Sequence record: SRR16203515_4226
DNA length: 34,888 bases
Strand: one strand, 5' to 3'
Shown here: piece by piece, positions 1 through 10,863 of the stretch
Layout: the number at the start of each line of letters is the position of its first letter
How positions within the stretch are numbered: the first letter of the stretch is position 1
Position numbers and translations under genes: made by a program
The notes under the pieces: generated by a model
Database searches by the model: none
Seen by the model: only the letters and a program-made list of their open reading frames with translations
What the model was told of the DNA's origin: nothing

Positions 1-250
1 GGTCGGTAACAAAGTCGATTGTCGCTTCTTCAAGGAAAGGAGCGCTCTTTTCGTCAACCATGGCATTAAAGCCGTTGAATTCTAATTCTGTGTCATCAGC
101 TTCAACCGCGTCTGGTGGACAATATGACACGCCACACTCAGCTTGCGCAGTGCCAGGGCTGATAACAAATACTCGAATGTGAGTTCCTTCAGGCTGATCT
201 GATAACAATTTAACAAAATGCGCCTGAGCTGCTTCGGAAATGGTAATCAT
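1..250 (-). CDS. nfuA: Fe/S biogenesis protein NfuA (5' part; runs off window start)
   Basis: Not in the ORF track. Manual translation from CAT at 248-250 gives [53 protein letters not shown]..., the characteristic NfuA N-terminus. It sits near comF/bioH as in enterics. Confidence 0.95.
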   Translation of the reverse strand, partial: MITISEAAQAHFVKLLSDQPEGTHIRVFVISPGTAQAECGVSYCPPDAVEADDTELEFNGFNAMVDEKSAPFLEEATIDFVTD

Positions 251-272
251 GAAAACATGCTCCGTCAGGAAT

Positions 273-297
273 AAACCTGAGTGTTTTAGTAAGAATT
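273..297 (-). promoter_or_regulatory. Putative IscR type-1 binding site upstream of nfuA
   Basis: Minus strand AATTCTTACTAAAACACTCAGGTTT matches 19/25 positions of the type-1 consensus ATASYYGACTRWWWYAGTCRRSTAT as recalled. nfuA is an established IscR target. Confidence 0.65.
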
Positions 298-460
298 AAC
301 CCTATAATACTCTTACTCTGCATTCCTTTGTAGCCCCTAAGGCTCACAGATTAATAATAAATACCAATCAGATCACAGTTTTTTATCATACCCTAGAGTG
401 GTTTTGTCGCGCTCGAGCTGTTAATTTAACAACAATATTATAAATATAACGAAAAACTCC

Positions 461-3007
461 ATGTCTAAAATTGGTCTTGTTTTTTTATGCGCTTTTTTGA
501 TCTTGCCCGCTTTTTTCGCCGACGCAAAAAAGACGCGCTTAACCGATAACCCGCTCTACGGTGTGACCACAACCAGCCCTGAAGCATTTTTAGGTTATCC
601 ACTTGGCGAGCGCCTACTGCGTCATGACCAAATCAATTATTACCTCAAACAAATAGCCAGCGAAAACCCCAGAGTCTCGATTGAAAATACCGGCCAAAGC
701 CACGAAGCCCGCCAACAATTAACAGCGGTTATCACCTCCAGTGCAAACCAAGCCAAACTCGATGAAATCTTAGCTCAGCGTCAACAAGTTAAATACCAAG
801 GTGAGCAACAAGGACCAATGGTGATCTGGCTGGCTTATTCAATCCACGGTGATGAAAGTAGCGGCGCCCACAGCGCCTTAAAACTAAGCCATATGTTAGC
901 CACTAGCGAAGAAAAGTGGGTGAAAGAACTCCTCAATAACGCAGTCGTCCTCATTACACCAACACAAAATCCCGATGGCTTTGACCGTTTTTCAACTTGG
1001 GCCAACGGCTATGCCGGTAAAGTTGCCGTTAGCGACCCCAACCATAAAGAACATAAGCAAGGCTGGCCAAGTGGCAGAAGTAATCACTACCTTGCCGACT
1101 TAAACCGAGACTGGCTGTTCTTGCGCCACCCAGAATCTCAAGGGCGAGTAGCGTTATTTCACCGCTGGCAGCCGCATTATGTGGGTGATTTTCATGAAAT
1201 GGGCCACAACCAAACTTACTTCTTCCAGCCCGGCGTACCAGAGCGCACTCACCCACTAACATCGAAAGCAAACCAGGAAATCACCGCCAAGCTTGCCGCT
1301 TATCATCAAGCAGAATTGGATGATAAAAAGCAACGCTATTTTAGTCGCCAGCTATTTGATGACTTTTTCTATGGTAAAGGCTCTACCTATCCCGATATCA
1401 ATGGCGCTGTAGGAGTGCTATTTGAGCAAGCAAGTGCTCGCGGCCAGCAACAAGATTCCGTTAATGGCTTAGTAACCTTTCAAGAAGCGATAGATAACCA
1501 ATATGCGACTTCGATTTCCAGCCTTCAAGGCGCATTAGCGTTAAGATCTGAGCTAGAAGAATATCAAGCGGATTTCTTTAAAAACAAACACCAAAAGGCC
1601 GTTAAAAAGAAACCGCGTCAAGCGGGGCTGCTACTCAGTGCTGATAACGATAGCGGCCGAATTGATGCGCTTACAGCATTGTTATCTCAACATAAAATTG
1701 AGTATTACTACCTTACCCACACGCTCTCACAAGGCGGGCTGGATTTTGCTGTAAACAATAGTATTTTTATTCCCAATAAGCAGGCGCAGTCATCGCTGCT
1801 AGAAGCTATGTTTGACGATAGAACTGAGTATATCGACCCGACTTTTTATGATATTTCCACTTGGAATCTACAATACGCTTTTGGGTTAACTTTGCGCCGC
1901 AATGTAAAGCTAGAACTCAGTGTATTGAGCCAAACTCCACCAGCATTTACTCCAGCAAGTTTTAGTACTGATACTGATGCTGTTGCTTTGCTGATTGATT
2001 GGCGCCAAAGCCAGGCTACGCTATTGCTACAACAACTGCTTGAACAAGATATATTAGTCAAGTTTGCCGCTAAACCCTTTAGCATGCAGGTCAAAAATAA
2101 AGACCTAGATTTTGTCGCTGGCACCTTACAAATCCCGTTGAAACAAGATGGCTACAAGGCAAGCGAGCTTAGTAAGCTAGTCGCTCAACTCGCGAACAAA
2201 CTGAAAGTCGATGTCGTTGCAGTAAACACCAGTGCTGCAAGCAGTGGTATTGATCTTGGTAGCCCAGATTTTGAGTTAATTAAGCCAATTAAGCCGCTGC
2301 TAATTAGTGGTAAAGGTACCTCAACCTCTGAAGTTGGTCAGCTCTGGTATTATCTCGACAATGTTTTAGGTGTCGCCACGACTTTAGTGGATATTAACCA
2401 ACTCGCTTCAATCAAACTTAGCGATTACAGCCACGTATTACTGGCCGATGGCCGCTACCAAACCTTAGATGAGCGCTTTGCACGTAAGCTAGGTCAGTTT
2501 ACCAGTGAGGGCGGCGTAGTTATCGCCCAAAAAGGTGCACTAAATTGGCTCGAGAAATCTAACTTACTCAAAAACAATTTACGTAGTGACCGCTTTTATA
2601 AGCAACTATTTGATGCCGAGGGGCTTACCTTCGATGAAAAGTCAGCTTTTAAAGCTAAGCAAGCCATAGGTGGGGCAATACTCGAACTAAAACTCGATCC
2701 TAGCCACCCAATAAACTTTGGTCTCAATGGCGATAGACTGCCTATTTTGAAAAACAAAGTGATCGGCTTTTCACAAACCAATGGCCCTTTCAGTGTTGCA
2801 GCTAAGTACACATCAAAGCCTTTGTTAAGTGGCTATTTAGCCCAAGAGTACCAGAGCAGTTTTAGTAATTCGCCTGCGATTATTGTTGAGTCTCGCAATA
2901 AGGGCGCTGTAGTGGCGATTGCTGATAACTTGCTGTTTAGAAATATCTGGTTAGGCAGTGATAAAGTCTACGCTAACGCGCTGTATTTTATCCCAGCGTT
3001 AAATTAG
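461..3007 (+). CDS. Secreted M14-family zinc carboxypeptidase
   Basis: Signal peptide; zinc and active-site motifs SIHGDE, NPDG, R-N..DLNRD and DFHEM; long C-terminal extension. Confidence 0.88.
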   Translation: MSKIGLVFLCAFLILPAFFADAKKTRLTDNPLYGVTTTSPEAFLGYPLGERLLRHDQINYYLKQIASENPRVSIENTGQSHEARQQLTAVITSSANQAKLDEILAQRQQVKYQGEQQGPMVIWLAYSIHGDESSGAHSALKLSHMLATSEEKWVKELLNNAVVLITPTQNPDGFDRFSTWANGYAGKVAVSDPNHKEHKQGWPSGRSNHYLADLNRDWLFLRHPESQGRVALFHRWQPHYVGDFHEMGHNQTYFFQPGVPERTHPLTSKANQEITAKLAAYHQAELDDKKQRYFSRQLFDDFFYGKGSTYPDINGAVGVLFEQASARGQQQDSVNGLVTFQEAIDNQYATSISSLQGALALRSELEEYQADFFKNKHQKAVKKKPRQAGLLLSADNDSGRIDALTALLSQHKIEYYYLTHTLSQGGLDFAVNNSIFIPNKQAQSSLLEAMFDDRTEYIDPTFYDISTWNLQYAFGLTLRRNVKLELSVLSQTPPAFTPASFSTDTDAVALLIDWRQSQATLLLQQLLEQDILVKFAAKPFSMQVKNKDLDFVAGTLQIPLKQDGYKASELSKLVAQLANKLKVDVVAVNTSAASSGIDLGSPDFELIKPIKPLLISGKGTSTSEVGQLWYYLDNVLGVATTLVDINQLASIKLSDYSHVLLADGRYQTLDERFARKLGQFTSEGGVVIAQKGALNWLEKSNLLKNNLRSDRFYKQLFDAEGLTFDEKSAFKAKQAIGGAILELKLDPSHPINFGLNGDRLPILKNKVIGFSQTNGPFSVAAKYTSKPLLSGYLAQEYQSSFSNSPAIIVESRNKGAVVAIADNLLFRNIWLGSDKVYANALYFIPALN

Positions 3008-3046
3008 CCATCCACTGGCATTAACTTAGAGAGCAACTCAGTATTA

Positions 3047-3757
3047 TTAACTGCAATTTGGTGCTTCGGCTCGAGCCAAGCACCAAACTTGCACTTGAGT
3101 ATGAGTCGGCATAAACAACTTAGCGATTTCATTTACCGTAGTGCCTGTTGTTACCACATCATCAATCAAAGCAATACGTTGCAAGTTAATTTCAGTCACT
3201 AACTCAAACGCATTAAGTAAGTTTTTACGTCGGTGCTTACCCGATAATCCCGCTTGCGGTTCAGTCGCTCGAGTTCGTATCAAACAGTCATCTAATAGCG
3301 GAATATTCAAGCGATTCGATAGCGCCTTAGCAATTAACCAAGCCTGATTAAAACCCCGCTGCTGCAACCTCTGTTTATGTAATGGCACGGCGATTAAAGC
3401 CTGTGGCAACGTTAAACAGTCTATGCGAATGAGATAATTAATCCGCTCAATTAATGCATCAACTAACACATCAATAACCGCAAATTGCGCCTGATACTTA
3501 ATCTGACCAACCCAATGCCCTAACCCTTGATGGTAACTACAAGGAGCAACAATTTTTAACTTGCGAGTAAGCATGCACTTGCCGCAAAACGCCATTGGCA
3601 GTTGCATTTTCCTGCCGCAACCTAAGCAAATATCGCCTTGATAACAGCAAGCTGGTAAACACACGCCACAAATACCGCGCTGGGCAGTGAAGATATGTTG
3701 ATGGCACATCAAACAGCGATTGGGTAACATAGCCGCCAGCCATCTATTACTAAACAT
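3047..3757 (-). CDS. comF: ComF/GntX family protein (double zinc ribbon plus phosphoribosyltransferase domain)
   Basis: Four CxxC pairs (CLMC, CGVC, CLGC, CGKC), RGFNQA and LIDDVVTTG. Divergent from bioH. Start moved to ATG 3757; exact start uncertain. Confidence 0.9.
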   Translation of the reverse strand: MFSNRWLAAMLPNRCLMCHQHIFTAQRGICGVCLPACCYQGDICLGCGRKMQLPMAFCGKCMLTRKLKIVAPCSYHQGLGHWVGQIKYQAQFAVIDVLVDALIERINYLIRIDCLTLPQALIAVPLHKQRLQQRGFNQAWLIAKALSNRLNIPLLDDCLIRTRATEPQAGLSGKHRRKNLLNAFELVTEINLQRIALIDDVVTTGTTVNEIAKLFMPTHTQVQVWCLARAEAPNCS

Positions 3758-3812
3758 GTTGTTGATAGATGAAGTCCTTTTCAAATTATCAGTACAAGCC
3801 AACGAGATCGAT

Positions 3813-4604
3813 ATGAATCAACACCCTCTGCACATTGAATCAATTGGCCAAGGCCCAGATCTCGTCATCCTCCATGGCTGGGGTGTTAACAGCGCGGTAT
3901 TTGCGCCATTAAAAGATGCTTTAGCTGAGTATAGAGTCCACTATGTGGATCTGCCGGGATTTGGTAATAGCCAAGCAGTAGAAGGCGATATTCAAGACTG
4001 GCTTGCGGCCATTATGCAACAAGTACCAGAAACTGCGATTTGGACAGGATGGTCACTGGGCGGCCTAGTGGCAACACTTGCCGCGGCTCATCACCCTGAG
4101 CGAGTGAGCGCGTTATGTACCATAGCCTCGTCACCCTGCTTTATGGCCCGTGAAGATTGGCCAGGGATCCCGCCTGAAGTATTGGGGCAATTCGCCAGCC
4201 AATTAACTAAAGATCTCGATAAAACCGTAGAGCGCTTCTTGGCAATTCAGGCTATGGGTAGCCAAACTGCAAAAGCCGATATTAAGCAATTACGTGAGTT
4301 AGTGCTTGCTCGCCCATCGGCGCAGCAAAGCGCACTTGCCCAAGGCTTGGCTATGCTTGAGACCGTGGATTTACGTGTAGAAGTCGCTGCAATTAAGCAA
4401 CCTTGGTTAAGAGTTTGGGGTAGACTCGATGGCTTAGTGCCACGCCGAGTAATTAAAGCCATGCCACAACTTGAAAATAGCCAAGACGTTATACTAGCCA
4501 AAGCCTCTCATGCCCCTTTTATTAGCCACACAGAGGAGTTTATCGAGGGCTATAAGCTTTGGTTAAACAGCGCTGCGAGCTATACAAGTCAAAACTCAGA
4601 CTAA
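3813..4604 (+). CDS. bioH: Pimeloyl-ACP methyl ester carboxylesterase BioH
   Basis: HGWG, GWSLGG nucleophile motif, ASSPCF and SHAPF. ATG 3813 with upstream GAGA is preferred over the track's 3720, which overlaps comF. Confidence 0.95.
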   Translation: MNQHPLHIESIGQGPDLVILHGWGVNSAVFAPLKDALAEYRVHYVDLPGFGNSQAVEGDIQDWLAAIMQQVPETAIWTGWSLGGLVATLAAAHHPERVSALCTIASSPCFMAREDWPGIPPEVLGQFASQLTKDLDKTVERFLAIQAMGSQTAKADIKQLRELVLARPSAQQSALAQGLAMLETVDLRVEVAAIKQPWLRVWGRLDGLVPRRVIKAMPQLENSQDVILAKASHAPFISHTEEFIEGYKLWLNSAASYTSQNSD

Positions 4605-4740
4605 CCAAAACTAAAGTAACGGCTGCAACCTAGCGGTTACTGCTCGATCCGCTGAAGATCGACTAATTGTTTATTTTTACGCCCAAATTGATTAATATTT
4701 AAACGCAAATATTAATTATCTAATAAGGTGGGCCGATTAA

Positions 4741-5244
4741 ATGTTAGTGGTTACCAACTATCCTAACGTGCCGATTGCAACAACTAATGCTGCAACCGAT
4801 TCTGCGCGCACGGATAGTCAGCAACGACCACCTATCATTCCGCCACAGCAAGCAACTAAAGGCCATGAAGAGCGCGCCTTTAACCCGCAACATGAGCGCA
4901 CCGCAGAACAAACACAAACTCAGGCAAAATTGCGCGAGTCTATTCAAGAAAAACAGCAAGGTCAGTCTCAACAAGAGCAATCGGGGCAGGGATCTAGCCA
5001 AGAAAAACAAAAACAAAACCAAGCCCTTAATTTAAAGCAGTTGCTGAGCCAACGCGCGCCATTAAAGCGCAGTGATATTAAATTGCCCGGTCAGCAAGGA
5101 GCAACTCAAGACTCAGTCTCGGCAAAACATCCAATGCCTAATGAAACACTGCAATTTTACCAAGCATTTGGCGCCCGCATTGAAGCTTTTTATCATCAAC
5201 GTACCGAGCCCAATAGCCAGCCTGATCTGCTAATAACCGCATAA
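4741..5244 (+). CDS. Hypothetical Gln-rich protein
   Basis: 167-aa ORF with upstream AAGGTG, filling the bioH-tex gap and ending at a terminator. Low-complexity Q/E-rich centre. Confidence 0.75.
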   Translation: MLVVTNYPNVPIATTNAATDSARTDSQQRPPIIPPQQATKGHEERAFNPQHERTAEQTQTQAKLRESIQEKQQGQSQQEQSGQGSSQEKQKQNQALNLKQLLSQRAPLKRSDIKLPGQQGATQDSVSAKHPMPNETLQFYQAFGARIEAFYHQRTEPNSQPDLLITA

Positions 5245-5252
5245 CTAGATAT

Positions 5253-5283
5253 AAAAAAACCGACAATCAATGTCGGTTTTTTT
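5253..5283. terminator. Bidirectional intrinsic terminator
   Basis: AAAAAAACCGACA-atcaa-TGTCGGTTTTTTT between convergent genes. Confidence 0.9.
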
Positions 5284-5297
5284 GTTGCTGCGCCAAA

Positions 5298-7646
5298 TTA
5301 CTTTTTCAGCTTAGCAAAGGCATCGGCAAATGCATTACCCATGGCGGCGTTTGCAGGTTGCTTAGGCTTGTGGCTCTTTTGCTGCGGGCGCTGCTGATTA
5401 GCACCTTTAGCATTATGTTGACCACCTTTATTATTGCTTGGGCGCGGCGCAACTTTTGGCGCATCACCCGCTTTATCTTCAAGGCGCATGCTTAAACCAA
5501 TACGGCGGCGCTCAGCATCAACTTCCATCACTTTAACTTTCACGATATCGCCAGCTTTAACGACTTTGTGCGGATCATCAATAAACTTGTCGGTCATCGA
5601 CGAGATATGCACTAGACCATCTTGATGCACACCAACATCAACAAAGGCGCCGAAGTTAGTTACGTTGGTCACAACGCCTTCTAAGATCATATCTAGCTTA
5701 AGATCTTTAATCTCTTCTACGCCCTCTTTAAAGGTCGCAGTTTTAAACTCGCCACGTGGATCGCGTCCCGGCTTATCAAGCTCGGCCAAGATATCGGTTA
5801 CCGTAGGTAAACCAAATTCACTAGTAATAAAATCTTTTGCTTCAAGCGCTTTAAGTAACTCTGTATTACCGATAATTTCAGCAACAGACACCCCTTTAGC
5901 TTTTGCGATAGACTCAACCAAAGCATAAGCTTCAGGATGCACAGAAGAAGCATCCAGTGGGTTATCACCTTCGCTAATACGTAGGAAACCAGCGGCTTGC
6001 TCGTAAGCTTTAGGCCCTAGGCGTGCCACTTTTAATAAGGCTTTACGGTTATTGAATCGACCTTGCTCGTCACGGTGAGCAACAATATTGCGCGCTAAGG
6101 TTTTATTGAGGCCTGCAACCTGAGCTAAAAGTGCTGCCGACGCCATGTTCACATCAACACCTACACCGTTTACACAATCTTCAACAACCGCTTCTAAAGA
6201 GCTTGATAGCTGGCTTTGGCTAACATCATGCTGGTATTGGCCCACACCAATCGCTTTTGGCTCAATCTTAACTAGCTCTGCCAATGGATCTTGCAGACGA
6301 CGTGCAATCGACACCGCGCCGCGGATCGATACATCGATATCAGGGAATTCTTCAGAAGCAAGCTCAGACGCAGAATACACAGATGCGCCTGCTTCGCTGA
6401 CCATAATTTTAGTCAATCTTGGTAGCTCAGCTTTAACTTGGCTGATAAGATCTGCCGCTAGCTTGTCGGTCTCGCGTGATGCAGTGCCATTACCTACAGC
6501 GATTAGCTCAACCTTGTGCATTTTAGCTAAGTTTGCCAAGGTTCTAACTGACTTATCCCACTGGTTTTGCGGCGCATGTGGGAAGATAGTGGTGTGCGCC
6601 ATAAGCTTACCCGTATCGTTAACGATAGCCACTTTCACGCCCGAGCGTAACCCAGGATCTAAGCCTAAAGTTGCTTTCGCGCCTGCAGGAGCAGCCATGA
6701 GTAAATCACCTAAGTTGCGCGCAAACACTTTAATCGCTTCTTGCTCAGCAACATCGCGCATACGTCCAAGAAACTCAGTTTCCATCTGCAGCGCAATTTT
6801 CACTTTCCAAGTTGCCGCAACAACCGTTTTTAACCAGGTATCAACGTTAGAATCGCTAAGGCCAAGCTTAAAGTGCTCGATAATAATCACTTCACAGTAA
6901 CTGGCTTGCTTAGCATCTTGATGCGGATCCGCATTGATATTAAGGCTCAGCATGTCCTCATTACGGCCACGTAGCATGGCTAACGCACGATGCGATGGCA
7001 CCTTGGTTAGTTTTTCAGAGTGTTCAAAGTAATCTCTGAATTTAGCGCCTTCTTTTTCTTTACCCTTTACCATGCGGCTTTCAAGTACTGCATTTTGCTC
7101 TACTTGAGTACGGATTTTTTGCAGTAGCTCAGCGTCTTCAGCAAAACGCTCCATCAAGATAAAGCGCGCACCGTCAAGCACAGCTTTAGCGTCGCTAAAA
7201 CCTGCCGCAGCATTGATATATTCAGCCGCTGCGGTTTCACAATCTGCTTGGCGATTCGCCAATAAAAAGTCTGCTAACGGCTCAATACCCGCTTCAATCG
7301 CAATTAAGCCTTTAGTACGGCGCTTAGGCTTATACGGTAGGTATAGATCTTCTAGGCGAGTTTTACTATCAGCGGCATTAATTGCAGCTTTCAGCTCAGG
7401 AGTTAACTTACTTTGAGCATCAATGCTCGACAAAATCACATTACGGCGCTCATTTAAGTCGCGTAAGTAACTTAAACGGCTGCTTAAGGTACGTAATTGT
7501 GCGTCATCCAAGCCACCTGTGGCTTCTTTACGGTAACGAGCAATAAAGGGTACTGTTGCACCATCGTCGAGTAATGAAATAGTGTCGGTAACTTGTTGCT
7601 GGCGAACGTTAAGTTCTTCAGCGATGAGCTGTGCAATATTCTGCAT
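5298..7646 (-). CDS. tex: Tex family RNA-binding transcriptional accessory protein (YhgF)
   Basis: [21 protein letters not shown] YqgF-like domain, HhH domains and a C-terminal S1 domain ([22 protein letters not shown]). Confidence 0.96.
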   Translation of the reverse strand: MQNIAQLIAEELNVRQQQVTDTISLLDDGATVPFIARYRKEATGGLDDAQLRTLSSRLSYLRDLNERRNVILSSIDAQSKLTPELKAAINAADSKTRLEDLYLPYKPKRRTKGLIAIEAGIEPLADFLLANRQADCETAAAEYINAAAGFSDAKAVLDGARFILMERFAEDAELLQKIRTQVEQNAVLESRMVKGKEKEGAKFRDYFEHSEKLTKVPSHRALAMLRGRNEDMLSLNINADPHQDAKQASYCEVIIIEHFKLGLSDSNVDTWLKTVVAATWKVKIALQMETEFLGRMRDVAEQEAIKVFARNLGDLLMAAPAGAKATLGLDPGLRSGVKVAIVNDTGKLMAHTTIFPHAPQNQWDKSVRTLANLAKMHKVELIAVGNGTASRETDKLAADLISQVKAELPRLTKIMVSEAGASVYSASELASEEFPDIDVSIRGAVSIARRLQDPLAELVKIEPKAIGVGQYQHDVSQSQLSSSLEAVVEDCVNGVGVDVNMASAALLAQVAGLNKTLARNIVAHRDEQGRFNNRKALLKVARLGPKAYEQAAGFLRISEGDNPLDASSVHPEAYALVESIAKAKGVSVAEIIGNTELLKALEAKDFITSEFGLPTVTDILAELDKPGRDPRGEFKTATFKEGVEEIKDLKLDMILEGVVTNVTNFGAFVDVGVHQDGLVHISSMTDKFIDDPHKVVKAGDIVKVKVMEVDAERRRIGLSMRLEDKAGDAPKVAPRPSNNKGGQHNAKGANQQRPQQKSHKPKQPANAAMGNAFADAFAKLKK

Positions 7647-7786
7647 AAATAGAGGTCGAGCCTAGTTGATAAATGGGAATTTGCCAAAGATACCACAGCA
7701 CATGGCTTTGGTTAATGCTAATACTAAGACAATTATGCTAATTACGCCGCTAAACCGCGGCGTGTGCGTCACATAAGTTGGAGAAA

Positions 7787-8266
7787 CTACTCAAAACCTT
7801 GGTAAGAGATGCGGTTGATATACCAAACTTGCTCGCCAGCAGGGGTCTTGATCACGGCTTCGTCATCAACCTCTTTTTTGAGCAGGCCACGCGCCATAGG
7901 AGAGTCGATTGAGATGTAGTCTTTACGGCCAAAAATCTCATCGTATCCCACAATCTTAAACTGTAACTGCTCGCCATTATCGTTTTCAATTTCAACCCAA
8001 GCGCCAAAAAATACCTTGCCTTCTTGCGCAGGCGAGTAATCAACAACTTGCACATTTTCTAGGGTTTTACGCAAATAACGAACCCTACGGTCTATTTCTC
8101 GTAGTTTACGTTTATTAAAGGTGTAATCGGCGTTCTCGCTGCGATCGCCCAAACTTGCCGCCCAACTGACGATCTTAGTGATTTCAGGTCTGTGCTCACG
8201 CCAAAGATAATTTAGTTCTTTTTGCAGTTTTTCGAAACCTTCACGGGTTACGATAGTGGTTCTCAT
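7787..8266 (-). CDS. greB: Transcription elongation factor GreB
   Basis: WAASLGDRSENADY and LREIDRRVRYL. Divergent from ompR. Confidence 0.97.
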   Translation of the reverse strand: MRTTIVTREGFEKLQKELNYLWREHRPEITKIVSWAASLGDRSENADYTFNKRKLREIDRRVRYLRKTLENVQVVDYSPAQEGKVFFGAWVEIENDNGEQLQFKIVGYDEIFGRKDYISIDSPMARGLLKKEVDDEAVIKTPAGEQVWYINRISYQGFE

Positions 8267-8706
8267 AGCGTCTACTTTCTATATTAAGGGTAACGGGAAT
8301 AATCGGCATTTTAACCGAGGCTGCTAGCTCTACTCTAACGTAATTGCCCGCTACAGACTAGAAATCAAAGCCTAAGCCTCGCTTCAGTTATCGCCTTTCA
8401 CACCTCATCGCAGACTGAGTTTTTAACCCTGAGCTCAGTAAAACTTGCGTTATTGCCCCGATAATCGACAAAACAGCAAATTTGTTACAATTTAACGGGC
8501 CGCAATGCGTTATAAAAAACATTATAATTCAGAGCATTAAAACCCTAGTCTCAATTAACTCATGCTTAGATAGTGAACTAATTGAAATCTCACTAGTCAT
8601 TTAATTAGCAAAGACGCTATATTAAGCAAGTACATAAGATTAATAACAAATAAGCTAGATAAGCGACAACATAAGCGCATATTGATAGCAATAAGGGGCC
8701 ACAAGC

Positions 8707-9432
8707 ATGGGACAAGAAACCTCAAAAATTCTCGTTGTTGACGATGATATGAGATTACGCGCACTACTAGAGCGTTACTTGATGGAGCAAGGCTATCAAG
8801 TACGTAGCGCAGCCAATGCTGAGCAGATGGACCGTTTGCTAGAACGCGAGAATTTTCACTTACTTGTGTTAGATCTTATGTTGCCCGGTGAAGATGGACT
8901 GTCTATATGTCGTCGTCTACGCCAAACTGGCAACCCTATCCCAATTGTTATGCTCACGGCTAAAGGCGATGAAGTTGATAGAATTATCGGCCTAGAGCTT
9001 GGGGCTGATGATTATCTGCCAAAACCATTCAACCCGCGCGAACTTTTAGCGCGAATTAAAGCAGTTATGCGCCGCCAAACGCCTGAAGTTCCGGGCGCAC
9101 CGACCCAGCAAGAAGAAGAGATCACCTTTGGTGAGTTTTCGCTTAACCTGGCAACGCGTGAAATGCACCATGGCGAAGAGAGTATTGCATTAACCAGTGG
9201 TGAATTTGCGGTACTTAAAGTACTCGTTAGCCACCCTCGTGAACCACTATCTCGCGATAAACTAATGAATCTTGCCCGAGGTCGTGACTATTCAGCCCTA
9301 GAGCGCTCTATTGACGTGCAAGTTTCACGCTTACGCCGCCTGATTGAAAAAGACGCCGCCAATCCTCGCTATATTCAAACCGTGTGGGGCTTAGGTTATG
9401 TGTTTGTACCTGACGGTCAATCGCGTAAATAG
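8707..9432 (+). CDS. ompR: Two-component response regulator OmpR
   Basis: KILVVDDDMRLRALLERYL, LDLMLPGEDG and RYIQTVWGLGYVF. Confidence 0.97.
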   Translation: MGQETSKILVVDDDMRLRALLERYLMEQGYQVRSAANAEQMDRLLERENFHLLVLDLMLPGEDGLSICRRLRQTGNPIPIVMLTAKGDEVDRIIGLELGADDYLPKPFNPRELLARIKAVMRRQTPEVPGAPTQQEEEITFGEFSLNLATREMHHGEESIALTSGEFAVLKVLVSHPREPLSRDKLMNLARGRDYSALERSIDVQVSRLRRLIEKDAANPRYIQTVWGLGYVFVPDGQSRK

Positions 9433-9449
9433 TCTTGTCATTATAAAAC

Positions 9450-10772
9450 ATGCCTTTAACTAAACGTTGGTGGCAGCGACTACTGCCACGTAGCTCTTTT
9501 AGCCAAACAGTAATGCTGATTGGCTGTTTGCTGCTGACTAACCAACTGGTTTCTTATATTTCAGTAGCGGTTTACTTTATTAAACCCAGCTACCAACAGA
9601 TAAATCAGCTTATTGCCAGACAAGTGAAACTACTGTTTGTTGGTGGTGTCGATATTGGTCGCGAACATTTAACTATGGTCGATGCACTTAATGCTAAAGT
9701 CAGCGACGATACCATGCACTTTTATAACCAAAAACAAGCACGGCAAGCCGGTATTGAGCGAGCAACTTACTACAGTTTTCTCTCTTCACAAATGTCTGAA
9801 TATTTAGGCGGCGAGGCAGAAGTACGCATTGCCCAAGGTGAAGAGTTCGAGATCTGGATCCGTCCACCTCAAGCGCCATCCATTTGGATTAAAGTGCCGC
9901 TAAAAGGCTTAAATGAAAAGAACTTATCTCCATTAACTTTGTACTTAATGGTGATTGGCGCCTTAAGTGTTGCCGGCGGTTGGTGGTTTGCACGCCAGCA
10001 AAACCGACCGTTACGTCGTCTACAAAAAGCCGCAATCGCGGTATCCCGTGGTGATTACCCTAAACCACTACCGTTAAGCGGCTCGACTGAGATCGTTGAG
10101 GTGACTAACACCTTTAATCAAATGTCTCACAGCATGAAACAGCTCGAACAAGACAGAGCATTGTTGATGGCGGGGATCTCACACGATCTGCGCACTCCGC
10201 TAACTCGTATTCGCTTGGCTTCTGAAATGATGGTTGAAGAAGATCAATACCTTAAAGACGGTATTGTTAACGATATCGAAGATATGGATGCCATCATCAA
10301 CCAGTTCATTTCATATATCCGTCAGGATCAAGAAGGTTGCCGTGAGTTGGCGCAAATCAATGACCTTATTCAAGATGTGATTCAAGCGGAGTCGAATCGA
10401 GAGGGTAAAATTGATTCTGAACTCAGCGAATGCCCACCAATTCTCATGCAAGATATCGCTATTAAACGGGTGATCAGTAACTTGGTCGAGAATGCTTACC
10501 GCTATGGTAACGGCTGGGTAAAAATCAGCTCACAGTTTAATGGTCAGTTCGTCGGCTTTAGCGTCGAGGATAACGGCCCAGGCATTAAAGAAGAACAAAT
10601 TCCTAAGCTGTTTCAGCCATTCACCCAAGGCGATACTGCTCGTGGTAGCGTAGGCTCGGGATTAGGGCTCGCGATTATCAAACGAATTGTAGACAGGCAC
10701 CAAGGTAAAGTTATTTTAACTAACCGCACCGAGGGTGGACTCCATGCTCAGGTTTGGTTGCCGATTGAATAA
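9450..10772 (+). CDS. envZ: Sensor histidine kinase EnvZ
   Basis: Two TM segments, HAMP, H-box [18 protein letters not shown], and N and G boxes. Follows ompR. Confidence 0.95.
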   Translation: MPLTKRWWQRLLPRSSFSQTVMLIGCLLLTNQLVSYISVAVYFIKPSYQQINQLIARQVKLLFVGGVDIGREHLTMVDALNAKVSDDTMHFYNQKQARQAGIERATYYSFLSSQMSEYLGGEAEVRIAQGEEFEIWIRPPQAPSIWIKVPLKGLNEKNLSPLTLYLMVIGALSVAGGWWFARQQNRPLRRLQKAAIAVSRGDYPKPLPLSGSTEIVEVTNTFNQMSHSMKQLEQDRALLMAGISHDLRTPLTRIRLASEMMVEEDQYLKDGIVNDIEDMDAIINQFISYIRQDQEGCRELAQINDLIQDVIQAESNREGKIDSELSECPPILMQDIAIKRVISNLVENAYRYGNGWVKISSQFNGQFVGFSVEDNGPGIKEEQIPKLFQPFTQGDTARGSVGSGLGLAIIKRIVDRHQGKVILTNRTEGGLHAQVWLPIE

Positions 10773-10863
10773 CAATGATGAGTTTAATTCACTGTTTGTT
10801 GTAATTTTTTTGTAACCCTAATGCCATATTCTTACGCCAATTAAAAAAAGATTGGCGTGACTT

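Noticed and set aside
3720-3812. Apparent head-to-head overlap of comF and bioH
   Set aside because: An artefact of longest-ORF start calls; the downstream ATGs (3757 and 3813) remove the overlap.
4713-4739. Sigma-28-like TAAT-N15-GCCGATTA
   Set aside because: The -10 element ends 1 bp before the ATG and the spacer contains the likely SD, so the TSS would fall inside the ORF.
6145-6900. 251-aa plus-strand ORF, and the many other short track ORFs overlapping long genes
   Set aside because: They lie antisense to, or out of frame within, well-supported genes (here tex). They are S/T/A-rich shadow translations with no motifs.
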